Shown here one piece after another: positions 56,950-64,000 of a stretch of DNA of 64,000 nt. This stretch comes from Candidatus Sumerlaeia bacterium (GTDB lineage: Bacteria; Sumerlaeota; Sumerlaeia; SLMS01; JANRJK01), in assembly GCA_033764015.1 (NCBI GenBank), contig JANRJK010000013.1, forward strand, positions 320,001-384,000, given 5' to 3'. Within the stretch, counting starts at the first letter, position 1, and the number at the start of each line of letters is the position of its first letter. The notes beneath the pieces were generated by a model. That model saw nothing but the letters and a program-made list of their open reading frames with translations, was not told where the DNA came from and ran no database searches. The position numbers were made by a program, and so were the translations under genes.

Positions 56950-57025
56950 TGGTGGAGGTGAGGGGAGTCGAACCCCTGACACCCAGACTGCCAGCCTGGT
57001 GCTCTACCAACTGAGCTACACCCCC
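56950..57025 (-). tRNA. tRNA-Ala(GGC)
   Basis: GGGGGTGTAGCTCAGTTGGTAGAGCACCAGGCT-GGC-AGTCTGGGTGTCAGGGGTTCGACTCCCCTCACCTCCACCA; G3:U70 pair, encoded CCA. Confidence 0.96.
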
Positions 57026-57083
57026 ACGGGTGGCCACAGGGCTACTGCCTGAAACAACCTCGTCCGTGGCGCGAAGAGGTGTT

Positions 57084-57159
57084 TGGTGGAGCAGACGGGA
57101 GTCGAACCCGTGACCTTTGCATTGCGAACGCAACGCTCTACCAACTGAGCTACTGCCCC
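57084..57159 (-). tRNA. tRNA-Ala(CGC)
   Basis: GGGGCAGTAGCTCAGTTGGTAGAGCGTTGCGTT-CGC-AATGCAAAGGTCACGGGTTCGACTCCCGTCTGCTCCACCA; G3:U70 pair, encoded CCA. Confidence 0.96.
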
Positions 57160-57246
57160 ACAAAGGTCCCGCGGTGCGACTACCGCGGCACAAGTGGGTA
57201 GGCAACATCCACCGCGACCGCCGGTCAAGGACTTTCCCGCACGGCT

Positions 57247-59043
57247 TCACAGCCGCTCCAAGCGCTCGATCCGGAGCACGGGCAGTCCCGCCGCCTCCTC
57301 CACATCGCCGGTCGCGCGCAGCGGGGTCCCCGCCCATTGCGGATCGAGGATGAACGCCGCGCCCGCCTTCGGCGCCAGCAAGTACACACGCTCGTTCCCC
57401 GCCGCGTCGCGCACCAGCAGCCCCGGCGGGATTCCGCCTTCGATGCAACGCACCGCGCATGCGCGGTGCACCTTTCCGATGCCGGGGCGCATCACGCCCA
57501 GATAGCACTTCGTGTCCACGATCTCGCCCACCAGCGTCACACCCGCGAGCACCGGGGCCGGCCCGCTCTCCGCGGCCTCCCCGTCGAGCTCGGTCACTGC
57601 GGCTCCCGGGGCGATCTCGAGCATCGCCATGCGGTTGTTCGCGATGAGCGTTCCCTCCAGCCGCACGCGCCGCCCGTAGTGCGGGAGCACTTCCGGCGGG
57701 GGAGACTGCTTGATCGGCGTCGTCAGCAGGAACACACGCTCTTCTCCGTCGCCGTCCAGCGCCCGACCGCGGAAGTGGGGCACCGGCGATTCCCCGAGGA
57801 CGCCTTCATAGGCCTTCGCCACGCCGAACTCGTAACGCCCCTCGACGAACCGCTCCTGCGTCGCCGCGACCAACGCCCCGCCTCCGGCGAGCGCCAAGAA
57901 CGAAACGGCAAGCGCCCCCTTCGCCACGGGGCGGAAGCGCTCCGGCACCGTGGGCAGATAGCCGACGAAGAAGCCCGGCGCCTCCGCCGCGGCTGGCGGC
58001 GGGGCCTCGGCCCCCGCGGATGCGGTTCCCTCCGGCAGCGGCGCCGGGTTCACCCAAACGCGGCCGTCCACCACCCGCACCGCGTATGTCGGCACCACCT
58101 CTTTGAACGGCGGCGTGCTCACACCGTCGGTCAGCTTGTAGTTCCATCCGTGCCACGGGCACGTCGCGCAGCCGTCCAGCAGCCGCCCCTCGCCCAGCGG
58201 GCCGCCTTGGTGGCGGCACACGTTCGACAGCGCGAACAGGCGCGCGCCGTCGCGGAAGAGCGCGATCCGCTCGCCCGCGACCACGACCACCTTTCCGCAG
58301 CCGTCCGCGACCTCGCCCGCTGCGCAGGCGTCGTGGAACCCGTCGCGCGCCGCGCCCGCACGCGCCGCGTCGAACGCGCGCTCCTTGCGCCAAGCCGCGA
58401 GGTGCAGCACCGCCAGCGCCGCGAATCCAGCGGCGACGAGCGCCGGATAGAGCGGCGTCCGCTCGTCTTGCAGCACGCCGAGCGCGACGTGCGCCACCAC
58501 GAGCCCGTAGGCGAGGTACACCAGCTGGTGCAGCCGCTTCCACAGCGACGGGCCGAGGTTCTTCAGCCAGAAGTCGTGGCTCGTCGCCGTCATCAGGAAG
58601 AGGATCGCGAGGGCCACCGCCCCGAACGCCTCGAACGGGAAGTGGCCGAAGCCCGCGCCCAAGCCATAGTCGCCAGAGTACGCCGTGAAGATGCTCGTGA
58701 TCGGGTTCTGCGAACCGAAGCCGTGGTAGATCATCGTCGCCAGTCCCGCGTGGATGAAGGCGAAGAAGAACACCGCGACACCGAGATGCCGCCGGTTGAA
58801 GAGCAGCGGAAGGAACCGGTCGTCCAGCCGCGCGAGCGGCCCGATCGCGAGTGCGAGGTGCAGGAGCGCGAACGCCGTCAGCGCCGCGCCGCGGATGATG
58901 ATCGCCTCGGTCGTCGCGAAGGGGTTGGTCGCGGCGGTGCCGACGGCGAAGGCGGCGAAGCAGCCGATGGCGACCGCCGCCACGCCCGCGTCGTAGCGGC
59001 GCTTGAAGGGGTTCCAGCCGATTCCCGTGTAGTGGACCGCCAT
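57247..59043 (-). CDS. fusion: MsrQ/ferric-reductase-like heme-b membrane domain + Rieske [2Fe-2S] domain + membrane-anchored Cys/His domain
   Basis: RRHLGV, IHA, TSHD, WKRLHQLVY...VAH; CRHQGGPL...CPWHG; C-terminal GEIVDTKCYLG...VHRACAVRCIEGGIPP. Confidence 0.8.
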   Translation of the reverse strand: MAVHYTGIGWNPFKRRYDAGVAAVAIGCFAAFAVGTAATNPFATTEAIIIRGAALTAFALLHLALAIGPLARLDDRFLPLLFNRRHLGVAVFFFAFIHAGLATMIYHGFGSQNPITSIFTAYSGDYGLGAGFGHFPFEAFGAVALAILFLMTATSHDFWLKNLGPSLWKRLHQLVYLAYGLVVAHVALGVLQDERTPLYPALVAAGFAALAVLHLAAWRKERAFDAARAGAARDGFHDACAAGEVADGCGKVVVVAGERIALFRDGARLFALSNVCRHQGGPLGEGRLLDGCATCPWHGWNYKLTDGVSTPPFKEVVPTYAVRVVDGRVWVNPAPLPEGTASAGAEAPPPAAAEAPGFFVGYLPTVPERFRPVAKGALAVSFLALAGGGALVAATQERFVEGRYEFGVAKAYEGVLGESPVPHFRGRALDGDGEERVFLLTTPIKQSPPPEVLPHYGRRVRLEGTLIANNRMAMLEIAPGAAVTELDGEAAESGPAPVLAGVTLVGEIVDTKCYLGVMRPGIGKVHRACAVRCIEGGIPPGLLVRDAAGNERVYLLAPKAGAAFILDPQWAGTPLRATGDVEEAAGLPVLRIERLERL

Positions 59044-59045
59044 GG

Positions 59046-59738
59046 TTAGCGCCCTCCCTTCGGCGAGTTGCGGAGCGATTCGTTCAGCGCCGTGCGGTCG
59101 GCGTACGACAGGATCACCAGGTGCTGCGGATCGGCCAGCGCCAGCTCCATCGGGACCGCGAAGGTCGCCGCGCCCGGCGCCGGCACGGCTCCGAGGAGCA
59201 TCGCCGGGCGTCCGGGCTCCATCCAGTACAGCAGCGTGTCGCGGATCGGCAGCTCCTCGCGCACGTCGAGCGCGAGCCTTGCCCCCCCTGCCAGCGCCTC
59301 GTAACGCGCCGAAATGTCGTAACCGGGGAACGGGTTTTCGAGTGTGCGCCCCTCCGCGAGCAGCGCAGCGGGGAGCGGCTCGTAGCTGGTCGCGGACGGC
59401 ACCCGGGCGATCAGCGCCCCGGCCAGTACCAGCGGGACAGCCACCAGCAGCGCCTGCCAGGCGAGGCCGTGTCTTGCCCGGAGCGCGCGCGGGCTCCCGC
59501 CCTGTGCGGGATCGAGCTGCGGGAGCGGCGACCCGCCCGACGCCATCCAGCGAAGCAGCAGCAAGGGCCACAGCGCCACCATCCCCGGCGTCGCAAGGAC
59601 GCGGAAGAAGAAGGCCGCGCCCCGCGCCTGTTCGTCGAAACGCGTCAAACCGCGGGCATGCAGCGCCACGGACGCCAACAGGCCGACCGCGAGGTAGCCC
59701 GTCAGTGCGAGGAATAGGATATCGACAATCGCGTTCAC
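59046..59738 (-). CDS. hypothetical membrane protein, co-transcribed with the MsrQ-Rieske fusion
   Basis: GTG start with GGAG RBS; three hydrophobic segments (YLAVGLL, FRVLATPGMVALWPLLL, AWQALLVAVPLVL); ends 2 nt before the next start. Confidence 0.7.
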   Translation of the reverse strand: MNAIVDILFLALTGYLAVGLLASVALHARGLTRFDEQARGAAFFFRVLATPGMVALWPLLLLRWMASGGSPLPQLDPAQGGSPRALRARHGLAWQALLVAVPLVLAGALIARVPSATSYEPLPAALLAEGRTLENPFPGYDISARYEALAGGARLALDVREELPIRDTLLYWMEPGRPAMLLGAVPAPGAATFAVPMELALADPQHLVILSYADRTALNESLRNSPKGGR

Positions 59739-59906
59739 TTGGTTGCTCCAGCGGGAAGGGGGCGTCGCCCCCTAGCCCAGGTCGGGGTAGGGTCTGCGAT
59801 GAACTTCCACGGCAAGCTGCCTGCCAGCCGGTCTGCGAGTCGGTGACGTTTTTCCGTTGGGCGCTTGACCCGCTTGCCGCCCCACGTGGGCGGCGCCAGC
59901 GGAGGC

Positions 59907-60215
59907 TCAGGTCGGCGCCGCGGTGTCGCGCACGTTGAGCACGCGGTCCAGGCTGGAGACGCGCAGCACTTCGCGGATGGGCCCCGGCGCGCAGGACACC
60001 GTCAGGGTCGCGCCGACGTTCCGCGCGGCGTGCGCGATCACGATCAGGCTCCCGAAAAAGGTGCTCTCCGCGTAGCGCACGGTGCTCAGGTCGATCACCA
60101 CCTCGCGCACGCCTCCGCGGATCAGCTCCAACGCCTCCGCCTGGATGCGTGTCGCATCATCCGCCCCGAGGTGGGGCAGGTCGACGGCGAGCCTATAGGG
60201 AGGGGGGATATCCAC
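59907..60215 (-). CDS. STAS domain protein (anti-sigma factor antagonist)
   Basis: VVIDLSTVRYAESTFFGSLI, IREVLRVSSLDRVL; GTG start after GGAAGG. Confidence 0.8.
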   Translation of the reverse strand: MDIPPPYRLAVDLPHLGADDATRIQAEALELIRGGVREVVIDLSTVRYAESTFFGSLIVIAHAARNVGATLTVSCAPGPIREVLRVSSLDRVLNVRDTAAPT

Positions 60216-60285
60216 GGTGCCTTCCGCAGGGGTGAATCCCGGCAAACCTGCGGGTTGTGCCCGATGCACGCAAGCCTTGTATGCG

Positions 60286-60954
60286 CTAGCGCCGTGTCAG
60301 GTCCAAAGCGTGGATCGGATGCCCCTTCTCCATCGCCTTGCGCTGGAAGTTCGTGACGATGTCGTCCGGGTCCGGCGCGACGTCGAGGCGCGCGTCGCGG
60401 TCGCGGCGGAGGAAATCCACGCCGCGCAGCAACTCGTCGATCACCTCGTAGTAGGCCGTCACGTCCGTCTTGATGTAGAGGCGTCCGCCCGGCTTGAGCG
60501 TCCGTTCCAGCGGCGGCAGGATCCGCGGCGAGAAGACGCGCCGCTTGTGGTGCCGCGACTTCGGCCAAGGGTCAGGGAAGTAGATCCGGTACACATCCAC
60601 GGAAGCGTCCGGCACGAACTCCTCGAGCACATAGAGCGCGTCGCAGAGGACGAGGCGCACATTGAGCACGGAGCGCTTGCGGAGCTTCTCCTTCAGGCGG
60701 CCCATCTGCGCGCCGGCGTTCTCGATTCCGAGGAAGTTCCGCTCCGGGTGCTTCGGCGCGTGCGTGGCCAGGAAGATCCCGCTGCCGAAGCCCACCTCGA
60801 TCTCGAGCGGTCCGGGGCGGCCGAAGAAGCGCTCGAAGTCGATCGGCTTCGGCGTCTCGCCCAGCGCCGCTTCCGTGTCCCAGCCCCCCGCCACCATCGG
60901 GCGCATGGGGGGCATGCACTCGGCGGGATCGAACGCCGGCCCGCTGCCGCTCAC
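60286..60954 (-). CDS. trmB: tRNA (guanine-N7)-methyltransferase
   Basis: EIEVGFGSG, NFLGIE, FPDPWPKSRHHKRR, LKPGG..IKTD, TNFQRK; start uncertain. Confidence 0.9.
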   Translation of the reverse strand: MSGSGPAFDPAECMPPMRPMVAGGWDTEAALGETPKPIDFERFFGRPGPLEIEVGFGSGIFLATHAPKHPERNFLGIENAGAQMGRLKEKLRKRSVLNVRLVLCDALYVLEEFVPDASVDVYRIYFPDPWPKSRHHKRRVFSPRILPPLERTLKPGGRLYIKTDVTAYYEVIDELLRGVDFLRRDRDARLDVAPDPDDIVTNFQRKAMEKGHPIHALDLTRR

Positions 60955-61355
60955 GTCGCCTCCGGCGCGCGGACCAAGTCCGACACGTCGCTGTTGCCGA
61001 GTTCCATCCGGTGGTCCGACTGCAGGATCACCCACGCGCAAAGCGCGAGCAGGCGGCGCAGGCCCGGCGTCTGCTCCGGGCTGCCGAAGCTGTCGACCGT
61101 CAGCGACAGCGAAGCCTCCTTCTGCGCGACACGGAAGTAGAACGTGCGCCGGATGCCGCGCTCCACCGTCAGCGCGCGGACCATCACCTCGCGCCGGTCC
61201 TCCTTCAGGTACGCTTCCGTGACCTTCAGGATGTCGCCGCCCTCGCGGAAGTCCATCGGCTTGAAGCCGAGCCAGACCTCCTCCGCCGTGAGCGGTCCGT
61301 TCAACGCCGCGTGCGCCATCGCTCCGTTCCCCGTTTTCTTGACTGTGTCAAACAA
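60951..61355 (-). CDS. hypothetical protein
   Basis: GC3-biased ORF overlapping both neighbours in an apparent operon; start may be ATG near 61319. Confidence 0.65.
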   Translation of the reverse strand: MFDTVKKTGNGAMAHAALNGPLTAEEVWLGFKPMDFREGGDILKVTEAYLKEDRREVMVRALTVERGIRRTFYFRVAQKEASLSLTVDSFGSPEQTPGLRRLLALCAWVILQSDHRMELGNSDVSDLVRAPEAT

Positions 61356-62433
61356 CTAGCAGGTTCTTCGGCGTCTTGCTCAGGACCGCGACGCCCTTCG
61401 CCGTGACCACCGCCAGGTCCTCGATCCGCACACCCCCGACGCCCGGGATGTAGATGCCCGGCTCGATCGTGATCACCATGCCCGGCTCGAGGATGTCCGC
61501 GGACGTCGTCGCGAGGCGCGGCTGCTCGTGGATCTCGATGCCCACGCCATGGCCGAGGCTATGCCCGAAATACTCGCCGAAGCCCGCCTTCTCGATGGCG
61601 TTCCGCGCGAGCGCGTCGGCCTCCTTGCCGGTCATTCCCGGCCGGATGCCGGCGATCGCGGCCTCGTTCGCCTCCAGGCAGACGCCGTAGATCTCCGTGA
61701 ACTTCTTCGACGCCTTGCCGATGGCGAAGGTGCGCGTAAGGTCCGAGCAGTAGCCCTCCACCACGCCACCCAGATCCACCGTCACCGGATCGCCGGACTT
61801 GAGCTTCCGCTTTCCGGGGGTATGGTGGGGGCTCGAGCTGTTCGGCCCCGAGGCGACGATGTTCTCGAAGGACTCGCCAGTCCCGCCGAGGTCCTCCGAC
61901 GCGCGGCGGATCGCCTTAGACAATTCCGACTCGGGCATTCCGGCGCGCGCGGTCTCGACCGCCAGGTGCATCATCGCATCGGCCAGCTTCGCCGCCTTGC
62001 GCACGGACTTCAGCTCCGACTCCGACTTCACGGCGCGCAGCTTGAGGATCGCGCTTTCGGCGGGCGTCCACTTCGCGCCCCGCGCGTACTTCTTCAGGCG
62101 GTCGAGCTCGGCCACCGTGATCGACGATTCGTGGCCGACGCGCTTCCCCTTCAGCGGCGCGAAGAAGTCGCGGTAGTACTCGAGCGCCTTCTCGCGCGGC
62201 TGGCAGCGCACTTCGACGCCCTCCGGCGCCTCGCGCGACGCCGCCTCCGCGTACCGCGAATCGGTGAAGAGCACCGCGCGCTTCCCGTCCACCGCGAGGA
62301 TCGAGAAGCTGCCCGCGAATCCGGACAGGTAGCGCGTGTTCACGCGGTTCATCACCACGGCGGCGTCGATCTTCAGATCGGCGAAGCGGCTGCGGAACTT
62401 CTTCAGGCGGTCTGCGAACTCGTTGGCGGCCAT
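61348..62433 (-). CDS. M24 family Xaa-Pro peptidase (aminopeptidase P/prolidase)
   Basis: NTRYLSGF, TDSRY, VDLG...YCSDLTRT, HSLGHGVGIEIHE, TIEPGIY, GVRIED. Confidence 0.93.
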   Translation of the reverse strand: MAANEFADRLKKFRSRFADLKIDAAVVMNRVNTRYLSGFAGSFSILAVDGKRAVLFTDSRYAEAASREAPEGVEVRCQPREKALEYYRDFFAPLKGKRVGHESSITVAELDRLKKYARGAKWTPAESAILKLRAVKSESELKSVRKAAKLADAMMHLAVETARAGMPESELSKAIRRASEDLGGTGESFENIVASGPNSSSPHHTPGKRKLKSGDPVTVDLGGVVEGYCSDLTRTFAIGKASKKFTEIYGVCLEANEAAIAGIRPGMTGKEADALARNAIEKAGFGEYFGHSLGHGVGIEIHEQPRLATTSADILEPGMVITIEPGIYIPGVGGVRIEDLAVVTAKGVAVLSKTPKNLLVV

Positions 62434-62503
62434 GCGCTGCTCCTCGGTGTGTTCGAGGGGTAGGTGAACGCGCGGGCGGAGCAAAGGCAAGCGCCGCGCG
62501 GGG

Positions 62504-64000
62504 TCAAGGAACCGTCGGCTGGTCCTCGCGCAGGAGCACGTAGCTGCGGTTCGCCGCCACGCGGTCGAAGCGGCGCCGCCCGTAGAACCGCTCGACCGCC
62601 GCGAGCTCGTCGTACTCGAGCAGCACGAAGTCGCGGTCGCCGTCCTCGAAGAACGGGTCCAGCTCGTCGAGGCGCGCCTCCGGCACCTGCCGCGCGCCGG
62701 GTTCGTCCGCCGCGGCGTTGGATCGCCCGTCCATCAGGACGACGAGCGAATCCCCCGGGGTGCGTTCGCGGCGGTACTGCGCGACCAGGGAACGGAAGTC
62801 GAACGCCTCGCGGTACTCGCCGTAAACCACCGTGCCCGCCGCGGCGACCGCCAGCGCCGCCACCGCGAGTGCCACGGTGCGCGCGCGTCGCCGGATCCGG
62901 CGGTCGCGGAACCTCGAACCGCTCTCGGCGAGCGCGCGCGCCGCGTCGATCACATCGGCCCACAGCCAGCGCGCCGCCAGCCCCGCCGTCACCGTCGCCA
63001 CCACTGCGTAGGTCGGATTGCCGCCCCGGGCGAGCAGTGTTCCGAGCGGCAGCGCGTACCAGAGCACGGCGGGGGAGCGCAGGTTGATGGCGCCGCGCCC
63101 AGCCATCATGTACCAGAGCGGCACCCAGAAGAGCGCGTAGTAGTAGCGGCCGAACGGCGTCGCCCAGGCCAGCCACGCAAGCCAGACGGCGAACAGCTTC
63201 CAATGCGCCTCGCGGCGCCCCGCGAGCAGCGCCGTCGCCGCCAGGAGTGCCACGCCTGAAACCTGCATGGCCAAGGCCGCCGCGGCGGCCACCCCAGGGG
63301 AGTCGAGCCAGACGCTCAGCTCGACCATGTATGCGAGCGGCGACTGGTTGTCGCTCATCGAGAGGGGACGCCCGGAGGCGAAGGTCTCCAGCGGGTGCTG
63401 CAGCGCCACCATCCGGCCCCATGCCAGATGATGGTAGAGGGTGGAGGCCCAGCCATCGGTCAACGCGCCCAGCAGGAACGTCGAGGCGAGCGCCAGCGAA
63501 ACCGCCGTCGCCGCGAACCACCACCGCCCCCGCAACACCCCGAGGCCTACCAACGCGAGCGGCAATGTCTTCACCAGGATCGCACCGGCGAGCAGCCCGC
63601 CCGCGGTGAACTGGATCCCCCGGGCCAGCAGCGCGAACGACAGCATCGAAAGGAACACGGTGAACGCCACCAGCTGGTTGTTCTGCACCGTGAAGTAGGC
63701 CGGCACCGCCAAGCAGACCGAGAGCCACCAGAGCCGGTGCGCGCAGAGCGCGCGATCCTCCGTGGCCGGCAGCAGGCAGCGGGCCCCGATCAGGAAGATG
63801 CCGGCGACCGCGCACAGGTTCAGCGCGAGGAAGAGCGCGAAGCCGAAGGGCTCCGACTCGACGAACGGCGTCAGTAGCGCCTTAGCCCCCGGCAGGTAGC
63901 CGAACAGGTCCTTGTCCGGACCCGTCGCCACCGCGAGCGGATCATGCACGAAGTCCCGGTAGTGCGACCATTCGGGCCGGCCGCGCGCGTGCTTCGACAC
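62504..64000 (-). CDS. GT-C fold membrane glycosyltransferase (GT87/DUF2029-like), probably 5'-truncated by the window edge
   Basis: YLP..LL.PF, NNQ, LVKTLP, DNQS motifs; about 10 TM segments. Confidence 0.65.
   Translation of the reverse strand: MSKHARGRPEWSHYRDFVHDPLAVATGPDKDLFGYLPGAKALLTPFVESEPFGFALFLALNLCAVAGIFLIGARCLLPATEDRALCAHRLWWLSVCLAVPAYFTVQNNQLVAFTVFLSMLSFALLARGIQFTAGGLLAGAILVKTLPLALVGLGVLRGRWWFAATAVSLALASTFLLGALTDGWASTLYHHLAWGRMVALQHPLETFASGRPLSMSDNQSPLAYMVELSVWLDSPGVAAAAALAMQVSGVALLAATALLAGRREAHWKLFAVWLAWLAWATPFGRYYYALFWVPLWYMMAGRGAINLRSPAVLWYALPLGTLLARGGNPTYAVVATVTAGLAARWLWADVIDAARALAESGSRFRDRRIRRRARTVALAVAALAVAAAGTVVYGEYREAFDFRSLVAQYRRERTPGDSLVVLMDGRSNAAADEPGARQVPEARLDELDPFFEDGDRDFVLLEYDELAAVERFYGRRRFDRVAANRSYVLLREDQPTVP

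Noticed and set aside
56950..57159. tRNA-Ala pair as an integration site of a genomic island
   Set aside because: No integrase nearby and no duplicated tRNA 3' end noticed elsewhere in the window
60224..60254. GGGGTGAATC motif reminiscent of a c-di-AMP riboswitch
   Set aside because: Lies on the strand opposite to the local genes and lacks the other conserved segments; only a simple ccgcagg/cctgcgg hairpin

Overview
This is a GC-rich bacterial chromosomal window with about 49 CDSs and two tRNA-Ala genes. I see no CRISPR array, integrase or transposase. The style of the pilin-like proteins and the Trp-containing C-terminal tails on secreted proteins suggests Candidatus Sumerlaeota (BRC1); this rests on recalled family patterns and was not searched. 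Housekeeping content includes pdhABC, gdh, aroQ, trmL, trmB, pepF, an M24 peptidase, a DEAD-box helicase, KtrAB, an alcohol dehydrogenase and glycosyltransferases. Six items stand out. (1) A translationally coupled operon (3325-8935) encodes a KamA-like radical-SAM aminomutase, a PcaIJ-like CoA-transferase, a beta-type class-III aminotransferase and a PcaF-like thiolase, with no aromatic ring-cleavage genes. It reads as a possible undescribed route from 2-aminoadipate (or glutamate) via the 3-amino and 3-oxo acids to acetyl-CoA plus succinyl-CoA. (2) A 9-gene operon (17613-24720) places a BlaI repressor and a sensor-less BlaR1/M56 protease at the head of a minimal type IV filament module, with a BlaI-type operator in the promoter. 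(3) Three secreted proteins share a short C-terminal tail that may be a sorting signal. (4) An FG-GAP gene has a low-GC core between host-like ends. (5) An MsrQ-Rieske-Cys/His triple fusion. (6) An unannotated 33-aa membrane peptide. All function calls come from motif recognition by eye; no database search was run.
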